A program made the translations under genes and the position numbers. The notes beneath the pieces are model-generated. The model was not told the origin of the DNA. It saw nothing but the letters and a program-made list of their open reading frames with translations, and did not search any database. Positions 18,282 through 29,802 of a DNA stretch of 51,978 nucleotides are shown here, one piece after another (position 1 is the stretch's first letter; each line of letters begins with the position of its first letter). The stretch lies in sequence record DRR378314_947; one strand, written 5' to 3'.

Positions 18282-19793
18282 CTAGTTTGCGAAGTCGGGT
18301 TTCACCCCGCCCTTTTTCTCGATAAAGCCCATAACGGTGCTGGCCATCAGTTTTCCAGCCGCCTTGTCGATCAGCACTTTGCCCGACGTCAACATGGCAT
18401 AACCATCCCCACCGCCGGCCACATAATCATTCGTCGCAATTGTATAACGGGCTTGTGGGTCCACATTTTTACCAGCGACACTTGCCGATGTAATCCGTGA
18501 TCCGGATGGTTCGCTGGCATCATACGCGTAGTTCAGGCCGGAAAACTGCCCAAACCGGCCTGCGCCCTCTTCCACCTGTGACACGCTATGCTCCAGTAAA
18601 GCCATCAAGGTTTCACCCGAAATTTCCAATTTAACCGTCACATTTCCAAAGGGCAGCTCTGTCAGAATATCCTTACGGGTCAACAGGGTGCCTGCCGGAT
18701 ATTCCCGGTCCCCCCGAATGCCACCGCCGTTGGTAAACCCAATATCTGCGCCCACTTCCTCTTTCATGGCATGGGCAATCAGAACCCCAAAATCCGTGCT
18801 TTGGGTTCTAACGGTCGTGCGCCGGGTATCCAGATCAATTTCGGTTTTCCCAACCGGAATTTGCAGCTTATCATCCAGTTTTTGCTGGTAAGAGGTCACA
18901 ACACCCGCCACATCTGCATCCGGTGCAATTGACGTGGTTGCAATCAGTTTCCAACTGGGAATGATCGACACGTATGGCTTGCCCCGTTTTTCTTTTCGCT
19001 CGACCAACAGATCAACAACGCCCAGATACCGAAGATCCGACCCGGCCTGCAGGATCACTGTGTTTTTCTCTTTGGTGGCGAACGCTTTATGGTCATGCCC
19101 GGCCAGCAGCACATCAATCCCCTCCACCTCTTCGGCCAGTCGCAAATCATCGGACAGGCTCAAATGGGTTAATGCAACAATGATATCCGCGCCGTCTTCT
19201 TTCAAAGTCTGAATGGAGGATCGGGCTGCGCTCAGAATATCTTCAAATTGCACCGACCCGCCAGGAGAGGAGAGAAAAACAGTTTCCGGTGTTGTCAGAC
19301 CAAAGATCCCCACCTTAAAACCACCGATCTCGCGGATCACCGTGCTCTGGGTTCCCAACGGCTCCGTGCCGGATGAAACGGTCACATTGCTGGCCAGCCA
19401 GGGAAACTTGGCTTCCTTTAACCGCGCCCGCGTCACATCAGGTCCAAAATCAAATTCATGATTGCCGACAACCGCCACATCCATTTTCAGCAGATTAAGC
19501 ATTTCAATCATTTCAACCCCATAAGACAGGCCTGACATCAGTGACGGGGAAATCAGATCACCGCCGAAAGTTGTCAGGGTGTTGGGGTTGCGCTTTCGCT
19601 CCATCTGGATCAGGGCAGATAATTCCGGAAATCCGCCAAATCCGCTTTTGCCAGAAATCTCACCCATGTCATTGGTATGCAAAAAGGTCAGGCGGACTTC
19701 TTCTGCGCGCGCGATCCCAATGCTCAACCCTAAAATCAACAGCCCCCAAACGGCAGCCTTGGCTGCACGGGTTATGTTTTTGAAATTCGTCAT
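18282..19793 (-). CDS. Periplasmic 5'-nucleotidase / UDP-sugar hydrolase family metallophosphoesterase
   Basis: Signal peptide; HTND, GGD, GNHEFDFG, LTH, GHDH, NGGGIRG, NDYVAGGGDGY. Confidence 0.92.
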   Translation of the reverse strand: MTNFKNITRAAKAAVWGLLILGLSIGIARAEEVRLTFLHTNDMGEISGKSGFGGFPELSALIQMERKRNPNTLTTFGGDLISPSLMSGLSYGVEMIEMLNLLKMDVAVVGNHEFDFGPDVTRARLKEAKFPWLASNVTVSSGTEPLGTQSTVIREIGGFKVGIFGLTTPETVFLSSPGGSVQFEDILSAARSSIQTLKEDGADIIVALTHLSLSDDLRLAEEVEGIDVLLAGHDHKAFATKEKNTVILQAGSDLRYLGVVDLLVERKEKRGKPYVSIIPSWKLIATTSIAPDADVAGVVTSYQQKLDDKLQIPVGKTEIDLDTRRTTVRTQSTDFGVLIAHAMKEEVGADIGFTNGGGIRGDREYPAGTLLTRKDILTELPFGNVTVKLEISGETLMALLEHSVSQVEEGAGRFGQFSGLNYAYDASEPSGSRITSASVAGKNVDPQARYTIATNDYVAGGGDGYAMLTSGKVLIDKAAGKLMASTVMGFIEKKGGVKPDFAN

Positions 19794-19891
19794 GTGACCC
19801 TCCCCTGAATTTGCTTGCCAGAACCGGCACCCACCTTATACCCATAGACTGAACCTAAAGATGGTCAAGATTTCAGGAAAAGGAAAGTCTG

Positions 19892-20299
19892 TTGTTCGCA
19901 CTTCATCCGCAGCTCGCCAAAGATACGACCACCCTGGGCACATATGGGATCAGCAAACTTCTGTTGATGAAGGATGCCCGGTATCCGTGGATCATTCTGG
20001 TTCCCATGCGCGAAGGGCTGATCGAACTGCATGACCTGACCGAGGGCGATTTCACCGATGTGACCGGTGCCATCCGGACATTAAGTGCAAAACTGAAAAC
20101 CAGTTATAACGCAGGAAAAATCAATGTGGGGATGCTGGGCAATCTGGTCCCGCAACTTCATATTCACATCATCGCCCGCAACCAGACCGATCCGGCCTGG
20201 CCAGGACCCGTCTGGGGACACGGCACCCCAATCCCTTATGCAGAAACCGATTTGCTGCAGCAGATTGACAAGCTCAATAAACTTATAAATTTAAATTAA
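19892..20299 (+). CDS. HIT family protein
   Basis: F.LHPQL..D, YPWIILVP, GNLVPQLHIHIIAR, DPAWPGPVWG; TTG start after AGGAAAAGGA. Confidence 0.9.
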   Translation: MFALHPQLAKDTTTLGTYGISKLLLMKDARYPWIILVPMREGLIELHDLTEGDFTDVTGAIRTLSAKLKTSYNAGKINVGMLGNLVPQLHIHIIARNQTDPAWPGPVWGHGTPIPYAETDLLQQIDKLNKLINLN

Positions 20300-21349
20300 C
20301 CAGTTAATCCATCGACAGTGATAGTCGGCGCGGGCAATCACGTCTGTCTCCCCACCCGGCCAAAGGGTGAGGCAAAGCGCGGCCCCCGGCTCTTGGCCGT
20401 CCGGCTCAAAACTCAACCACGCCAGCGGCGCCTCTTTGCTGGCTTTTGCCCCGGCCTCACGCAACAGGCGGCGCCCCGCCTCTTTGCGCTCTTCAGGAAA
20501 ATATTGCCAGGCGATGGTGTTATAGACTACATGAACGGCCCCCTCCACTGGATTGGCCAACCGCGTTTGAAGCCAAGTGATCGCATCTCCCTCTGCAACC
20601 GGCGCGTTTGTCTCTGCCCGCTGCAGGATTTCAATGCCGGCGGCGGTTCGCGTCATACGATCCCGTTGATCCGGCCAAATATAAGAAAGAAGCCGGGTCC
20701 GTTCTTCTTCGGATGTCAGGTCAACCGGCTTCAAATCAACCCCGGCCCGATCGACAACCGTCACCTCACGAAGCGCAGGCAACTGGCCATTCACCGCCGG
20801 GCTCAACGTCACAGCACTGTTCGGATCGCCCCAATTATCTGCGCCCAACTCATAATAAAAATGATCCCAGATCAAATTGAGTCCGGCGCTTGCCCCTAAT
20901 TCAGAAATCTTCAAATCAGTCAATCCGCTTCGGGCACTGATCTCCATAAAGCCGGGCAGCAGAATGGCGGACCTTCTAATCTCATTAGTCTGCGGCGGGC
21001 TGTTCAGCCAATGATCCATAAAAGCGTCATTGTCCCGAACTGCCGTTTCAACCTTTGACCAAAGGGTAGCATCACTCACCAGCGCCGGCTCCGGGGGATA
21101 GGCGTCGGCCAATGCAGGCGCCTTGTCAAACAACACCAACGCATGCAATCCGCCGACCAATCGCAATGGCACGGAATGCCCCTGCGGACTTAAATCACCG
21201 TCCCACATAGTCATCCGCCGCCATATGCCGCCGTCTTGCGGCAGATGAGAGGCAATGACTTCAAGCAGCCGGGCATTAAATTCAGAACCCAGCTCCCGGC
21301 ATGAGCGCGCTTGAGAGAAAAGGGCATCTTCCAGCTGTTTTTTTGTCAT
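20291..21349 (-). CDS. DUF2332 family protein
   Basis: LRLVGGLHALVL, PPQTNEIRRS, ELGASAGLNL.WD, SYIWPDQ, IAWQY, ADYHCRW. Start at ATG 21349 after GGAGG. Confidence 0.9.
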   Translation of the reverse strand: MTKKQLEDALFSQARSCRELGSEFNARLLEVIASHLPQDGGIWRRMTMWDGDLSPQGHSVPLRLVGGLHALVLFDKAPALADAYPPEPALVSDATLWSKVETAVRDNDAFMDHWLNSPPQTNEIRRSAILLPGFMEISARSGLTDLKISELGASAGLNLIWDHFYYELGADNWGDPNSAVTLSPAVNGQLPALREVTVVDRAGVDLKPVDLTSEEERTRLLSYIWPDQRDRMTRTAAGIEILQRAETNAPVAEGDAITWLQTRLANPVEGAVHVVYNTIAWQYFPEERKEAGRRLLREAGAKASKEAPLAWLSFEPDGQEPGAALCLTLWPGGETDVIARADYHCRWINWLI

Positions 21350-21461
21350 TTCACCTCCGTATATCAACCATTTAGTAATACTCACCCTTTAGTCTAGTAT
21401 GGTAGGTCTGATTGTTTACATTAATAAATCTAGTTAAACACTTAACATAAAAGATATTTCT

Positions 21462-22622
21462 ATGGATGAAGTCAGGTTTGTAATCAACTCTATTTGGGCG
21501 CTCCTCTTTTTCGTGATCACCCTTTACTTCGTCCGAAAATCCAAATGGTTTCCGACAACGGACCGCGGCATACCTATTATGATTATGGGGTTCTCAGCTT
21601 TAACAATTGGTTCAATAGTTGCGATTGTCTGTGTGACGCCCGCTTTGTTTCAGGGCTCGATCGCCCAAGGAGAACTTGCCAAATACTATATCATTGCCGA
21701 TGTCATTCGCGCAACGGGTGCATTGATTGTCATTAACGGGATTATTATGTGGTCGCGGGCGCTTCTGGCCCAATATACGTTGATCCAGGAAAAGCAGGAT
21801 CTGGAAAGCCGAGTTTCCAAACAAAGTGATCTGCTGGCGTCCCAGTCGCGCGATCTGGAAATTCGGACCATCGATTACCTTGATCAAAAAGACGCAGCGA
21901 TTGAAGCCGAAAAATCCAAAGCTAATTTCCTGCGCAACACCAGTCATGAATTCCGCACACCGCTGAACGCCATCATCGGTCTTTCCGATCTGCTGATGGA
22001 AGGCAAAGCCTCCTCGCTGGAGGAGCAACGTGAATTTGCTCGAATGATCTCAGATTCCGGGCGTAAACTCTTGAAAATAATAGATACCTTGCTGGATATT
22101 GCTCGTATCAAATCCGGGGAATTTGTGGCCAACCTGAAACCTATGGCAGTCCGCGAAATCATCGATCAGTGTGTCCGGTTGCATCTGCCAAGAGCCCATG
22201 CAAAATCGATCAATTTTCGGTATATCCCTGAAAATGACGAAAATATCATGGCTATTCTTGATGCCAATGCGACCCACCATATTCTCAGCAAATTGATTCT
22301 CAACGCCATCACCTATTCGCCCAGGGGAACAAATATCACCATTTCCATCAATCTGGATGACCCCGCCTATACACGGATCATGGTCAATGATGAAGGTCCC
22401 GGCATTCCGGAAGAATATCTTAAAAGTGTTTTTGAAATCTTTAATCGGGCGGAACGTTGGCAAAATCGGGGGAATGAAAGAACCGGTTTGGGTCTCGCCC
22501 TTTCCTTGAAAATGGCTCAGCTACAGGATGGCAAGCTGGAAATTCAAAGCGACGGAAAAACAGGCACCACCTGTATCCTCTCCCTTCCCACGGCTGAAAC
22601 AGCCTTACGGCAGGCCAACTAA
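21462..22622 (+). CDS. Membrane sensor histidine kinase (PleC/DivJ-like H-box)
   Basis: ~3 N-terminal TM segments; SHEFRTPLNAIIG, N-box LILNAITY, DEGPGI, TGLGL. Confidence 0.9.
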   Translation: MDEVRFVINSIWALLFFVITLYFVRKSKWFPTTDRGIPIMIMGFSALTIGSIVAIVCVTPALFQGSIAQGELAKYYIIADVIRATGALIVINGIIMWSRALLAQYTLIQEKQDLESRVSKQSDLLASQSRDLEIRTIDYLDQKDAAIEAEKSKANFLRNTSHEFRTPLNAIIGLSDLLMEGKASSLEEQREFARMISDSGRKLLKIIDTLLDIARIKSGEFVANLKPMAVREIIDQCVRLHLPRAHAKSINFRYIPENDENIMAILDANATHHILSKLILNAITYSPRGTNITISINLDDPAYTRIMVNDEGPGIPEEYLKSVFEIFNRAERWQNRGNERTGLGLALSLKMAQLQDGKLEIQSDGKTGTTCILSLPTAETALRQAN

Positions 22623-22634
22623 AGCTGAGTTCGG

Positions 22635-23279
22635 CTAGGTGCTTTTTCTGGTCTCGATCAGGCCAACCTGAATCTGAATACTCTGCAGATAGTGGCCTTT
22701 GACGATTTGAAAGAGCCGCTCTACATCTTCGGCTGTTTCAGCAAACATCTGACGCAAAGCAAGCCCCCTTAGGATCACCAGTAACGATGCTCTCCAGGCA
22801 ATTTTCTCGCTATCTTCAGCCTCGAAATCATGGATCAAGGACAGCCATTGGGCATCCCTTTTCGTCTCCATGGTCGACAGGGCACTGCGGATAGTGCCAG
22901 ACAGTTCCGGGTTCAACCGGCCATGAACGGTAAGCTCCATGAACACAGCGTAAGTGTCGCTTTTGTAACCGTCCCAGTAGATATCGACGATCTGCTCAAG
23001 TCGGTCCAGCCGATCAACATCCAACAGGCCCTTATGGTCCAGGCCCGCTGTCAGGTCATCCACGACCTTGACCACAACTTCACGTAATAATTCATACGGA
23101 CTTGCAAAATGATACTGGACGGCCCCACGGGTCAGCCCTGCCATTTCCGCGACCTCGGCCGTGGTAAATTTGGAGGCTCCCTTATCTCGAATTAATTCAA
23201 ATGCGGACAGGATCAGTTTCGAACGGGTTTCCTCACGCCGTTGCTGTTGTGTCCTGCGCTGAGGTTCTCGCGCACCCAT
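22635..23279 (-). CDS. TetR/AcrR family regulator
   Basis: RRTQQQRREETR..LI..A..LI...G....TTAEVAEMAGLTRGAVQYHF. Confidence 0.93.
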   Translation of the reverse strand: MGAREPQRRTQQQRREETRSKLILSAFELIRDKGASKFTTAEVAEMAGLTRGAVQYHFASPYELLREVVVKVVDDLTAGLDHKGLLDVDRLDRLEQIVDIYWDGYKSDTYAVFMELTVHGRLNPELSGTIRSALSTMETKRDAQWLSLIHDFEAEDSEKIAWRASLLVILRGLALRQMFAETAEDVERLFQIVKGHYLQSIQIQVGLIETRKST

Positions 23280-23436
23280 ATTCGTTTTCCTCAGTTTTCA
23301 ATCCGCTCGTTATAAACTCGAGCGTTCTTATGATGTGTTTTTATTCGGATATAAAGACAATAATCCTACAGAATTTCCTTTCCTTTTCAATAGGCGTCAG
23401 ATTCTGAAAAAAAATGCCCTCAATTGAAAAAACATG

Positions 23437-23465
23437 TTGATACATTCATTCATGAATGTTAGTTT
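23437..23465 (+). promoter_or_regulatory. Sigma70-type promoter with a palindromic operator in its spacer
   Basis: TTGATA-17 nt-TAGTTT. The palindrome ACATTCA-ttca-TGAATGT (23442-23459) fills the spacer. Divergent from the tetR gene. Confidence 0.7.
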
Positions 23466-23805
23466 CATTTTCAAGAAGAACAATAAGGAGGAACTAGTCA
23501 GTGCAGGGTGTGCGTCTAAAACCTCCAACCTTATGTTTTCTTCCTTGATTACTCCGCTGGGCTTTCTCGGGATTCAAGCTGTTATTGATGGGATCATTGC
23601 AACTTAGATCTTTCCTTGTCGCCTAAGACATAAGCCTCCCCTGGTAAATAGAGGAGGCCCAGCAACCTTTTCTTTTAAATGAAAAATCCGCCTCTTCGAC
23701 TGGTTTTGACTGCCCTTTGTACGGCCGCCGCCTCTTTACGGTCGATCTGCATTTGCGCTAAGCTATTCATCTCAGCTTCCTGTTCTGAATCGGATCCCAA
23801 ACGTG

Positions 23806-24705
23806 ATGTCAGAAATTCAAAATATAACCGCCGGTGACCTGCAAGTTGCCTATTATGACCTGGGCCCCAAAGACGGACCGGCCGCGATCCTGCTTCATGG
23901 ATTTCCCTATGATGTGCGCGCCTATGACCAGGTAACGAGACATCTGAACCAACAGGGAATTCGAACCCTTGTCCCCTATTTGCGTGGATATGGACCGACG
24001 CGTTTTCTTAGCGATTCCACACCCAGATCCGGGGAGCAGGCTGCCCTCGGCTCTGATCTTTTGGCATTCATGGACGCGCTGGAGATTTCAACAGCAGTTG
24101 TCGCCGGCTATGACTGGGGCGGCCGGGCGGCCTGTATTGTATCGGCACTCTGGCCCGAACGGGTAAAAGGATTGGTCAGTTGCGGAGCTGGATACAATAT
24201 TCAGAATATTACAGCCGCTGAAAACCCGCTGCCGCCCGAAGAAGAAAACCGCTATTGGTATATGTATTATTTCCACACAGAGCGCGGCCGCAAAGCCTTA
24301 CAGGACAACAGATACGGGCTTTGCAAATATATCTGGCAGCTGTGGTCACCAAGCTGGGCCTTCGACGCCCAAACCTATGACCAAACCGCACCCTCTTTTG
24401 ACAATCCGGATTTTGTTGAAGTTGTCATTCACTCCTACCGCCATCGCTTTGGCGGGATTGCCGGCGATCCGCAGCTTGCCCATATTGAACAGTTCTTATC
24501 ACGCCAGCCGCAAATAACTGTCCCGTCGATTATCCTACAGGGCGAAGATGATACGGTTGATCCGCCCCGTGCAAAAGATATCGCAAAACCGCATTTCACC
24601 GGCAACTATACGCATCGCACCCTTGCCGGTGTTGGCCATAACCTGCCGCAGGAAGCCCCTGGCGACTTTAGCGATGCGATTTCAGAACTTGTCTTCTCGG
24701 ACTGA
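23806..24705 (+). CDS. Alpha/beta hydrolase (epoxide hydrolase-like)
   Basis: LLHGFP, PYLRGYG, nucleophile motif GYDWGG, GHNLPQE. Confidence 0.92.
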   Translation: MSEIQNITAGDLQVAYYDLGPKDGPAAILLHGFPYDVRAYDQVTRHLNQQGIRTLVPYLRGYGPTRFLSDSTPRSGEQAALGSDLLAFMDALEISTAVVAGYDWGGRAACIVSALWPERVKGLVSCGAGYNIQNITAAENPLPPEEENRYWYMYYFHTERGRKALQDNRYGLCKYIWQLWSPSWAFDAQTYDQTAPSFDNPDFVEVVIHSYRHRFGGIAGDPQLAHIEQFLSRQPQITVPSIILQGEDDTVDPPRAKDIAKPHFTGNYTHRTLAGVGHNLPQEAPGDFSDAISELVFSD

Positions 24706-24733
24706 AATCAAACGCCTGTTTTTTGCGCCCCAC

Positions 24734-24766
24734 AAAAAAACCAGCCCGTTTATATCAACGGGCTGG
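24734..24766 (-). terminator. Rho-independent terminator between convergent genes
   Basis: A7-CCAGCCCGTT-tatatc-AACGGGCTGG. Confidence 0.8.
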
Positions 24767-24796
24767 CCTTGAAAATCGATATATAATGATCCGAAA

Positions 24797-25261
24797 CTAG
24801 TCGTCGCTACGGCACTTCACCATGCGAAGCGGCGTATATTCAATGGCAACCGTTCCATCCTGCTTGGTAATCTTGTTGCGGGTCCGCACAAGCCCCCGGC
24901 CCTTGCGGCTTTTGCTTTTGCGCGATTCAATCACTTCGCATTCCACATGCAGTGTATCGCCCGCAAAAACCGGCCCCTTGATATCCAGCTCCATATTCAG
25001 AAAGGCCAACCCGGTATGCTGCATGGTTGAATGAACCAGCAAGCCTTCTGCAAAGGTATAAGCCAGCGCCCCCGGGGCAACCCGGCCGCGAATATCTGAA
25101 TGATTTTCCAAATATTCCAGATCGCTGAACAAAACTTCCTGCATGCCGGTTACATTGATGAAATTGACAATATCCGCTTCGGTAACGGTACGGCCGATGG
25201 TTTTAAACTGACGACCTAACGGCAGATCCTCAAAGAATAGACCCAGTCCAACAGTTTCCAT
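24797..25261 (-). CDS. MaoC family dehydratase (single hotdog)
   Basis: FFEDL..G..F.T.GRTVTEADI..F, APG, PVFAGDT. Start at ATG 25261 after AGGAGGG. Confidence 0.9.
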   Translation of the reverse strand: METVGLGLFFEDLPLGRQFKTIGRTVTEADIVNFINVTGMQEVLFSDLEYLENHSDIRGRVAPGALAYTFAEGLLVHSTMQHTGLAFLNMELDIKGPVFAGDTLHVECEVIESRKSKSRKGRGLVRTRNKITKQDGTVAIEYTPLRMVKCRSDD

Positions 25262-25274
25262 GATCTTCCCTCCT

Positions 25275-26420
25275 TTAATCTGCAAAGGCCAGACGGCCGA
25301 TAATGTTCCGCTGAATCTGGTTGGTTCCTTCCACAATTTTCAGAACCTTGGCATCGCGGAAATAGCGGCCAATAGGATATTCGGACGAAATCCCTGCCGC
25401 GCCAAAGAGTTGCACCGCGTTTTCGGCAACCGTCATCGCCGTATCTGTTGCAAACAGCTTGGACATCGCGGCCATACCGGCAAGATCATTGCCGCGAATG
25501 CCGTTATTGACCATGGCCGCCGCTTTATAAACCATCAAACGGGAAGCCTCGGTTTGGGTTTCCATATCCGCAATCATCCAGCGAACCCCCTGAAAATCAG
25601 AGATTTGCTGACCGAACGCGCGGCGTTCGCGAATGAAGGCTTTCGTATGGTCGATGGCTCCTTGCGACAATCCAACGGCCCGCGCCCCGATATAAGGTCG
25701 CGATTTGTTAAACGCCTCCATGACAATCTTGAAACCTTTACCCTCTGGTCCCAAACGGGCGGTTTCGGGAACATGACAGTCATTGAAAAACAGCGGGTTT
25801 GACGGCACACCGCGGGCGCCCATCTTGTCTTCTTTTTTGCCGACCTCAAAACCTGGGGTATCTCGATCCACAATAAACATATTGATATTGCCGGTGCCAT
25901 GGGCATCGCCAACTTTCGCCGCGACCACCACGAAGTCTGACACTTCTGCATTTGTACACCAGATCTTCTGACCGTTGATCACATAGCCATCCTTCGTGGG
26001 AACAGCCTTTGTCTTGATCCCCGCAACGTCTGATCCACTTTGCGGCTCGGTCGTTGAGAAGGCACCGCGCAAATCGCCAGAGGCAAGACCCGGCAGATAT
26101 TTTGCTTTCTGCTCCTTGCTGCCACCAGCCAAAATTGCGCCAAACGGTAACCACTGAACCAGCAACAGATACGCTGTGTTATAGCAGACACGGCCCAGTT
26201 CCTCGATCGCCACGCAACAGGAGACGCTATCTTCTGATCCGCCATATTCCTCTGGAAATGGCAAAGTAAACAGGCCCAGCTCCTTCAGCAGGTCATACAT
26301 GTCCTGCGGATAGTCTGCTGTTTTGTCGATATCGTTGGCTCTGGGGGCCACTTTTTCATTCGCCACGCGCCGGACAAGGTCCTGCACGGCCCGTTGATCT
26401 TCTGTCAGTTCAAAATTCAT
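25275..26420 (-). CDS. Acyl-CoA dehydrogenase
   Basis: PEEYGG, TEPQSGSD, INGQKIWCTN, RRAFGQ, AVQLFG..G, catalytic IVEGTNQIQR. Confidence 0.96.
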   Translation of the reverse strand: MNFELTEDQRAVQDLVRRVANEKVAPRANDIDKTADYPQDMYDLLKELGLFTLPFPEEYGGSEDSVSCCVAIEELGRVCYNTAYLLLVQWLPFGAILAGGSKEQKAKYLPGLASGDLRGAFSTTEPQSGSDVAGIKTKAVPTKDGYVINGQKIWCTNAEVSDFVVVAAKVGDAHGTGNINMFIVDRDTPGFEVGKKEDKMGARGVPSNPLFFNDCHVPETARLGPEGKGFKIVMEAFNKSRPYIGARAVGLSQGAIDHTKAFIRERRAFGQQISDFQGVRWMIADMETQTEASRLMVYKAAAMVNNGIRGNDLAGMAAMSKLFATDTAMTVAENAVQLFGAAGISSEYPIGRYFRDAKVLKIVEGTNQIQRNIIGRLAFAD

Positions 26421-26596
26421 GAGGCTCTACTTTGTTATTTTTCAGATTCTCTTTATGTCAGCCAGATAAAGAGGCAGCAGTCATTAAAGACGATTTTAGG
26501 CAGGTTGGAAACAGGGCTCGTCCTGCCTTGTTGTTATTTTCAAGAAGTATTTCAGATTAATGAAACATCTTCCAATATATTGTTCGACTTAATTTG

Positions 26597-26611
26597 ATAT
26601 ATTTTTTATAT
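26597..26611. promoter_or_regulatory. LysR-type T-N11-A box
   Basis: ATAT-ATTTTTT-ATAT between the divergent acyl-CoA dehydrogenase and lysR genes. Confidence 0.5.
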
Positions 26612-26618
26612 TGATTTT

Positions 26619-29623
<3,005 letters not shown>

Positions 29624-29802
29624 TTATTTATGTCAGGAGTTTATAATTCTGTAAGAACTTTTACAATATGATACATCTTACGGGTGAACTATAGCCGGAG
29701 TAAAAAGCAGTCCAGATCAGCGAAATGAGCCAAAAGCATGACACATGAAGGGCACATACGCATAAAGCGATTGTTTTATGAGAGAAGATTAGAGTACCAA
29801 GT

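Noticed and set aside
19892-20299. HIT motif reads QLHIH instead of HxHxH, suggesting inactivation
   Set aside because: This variant is typical of a widespread proteobacterial HIT subfamily.
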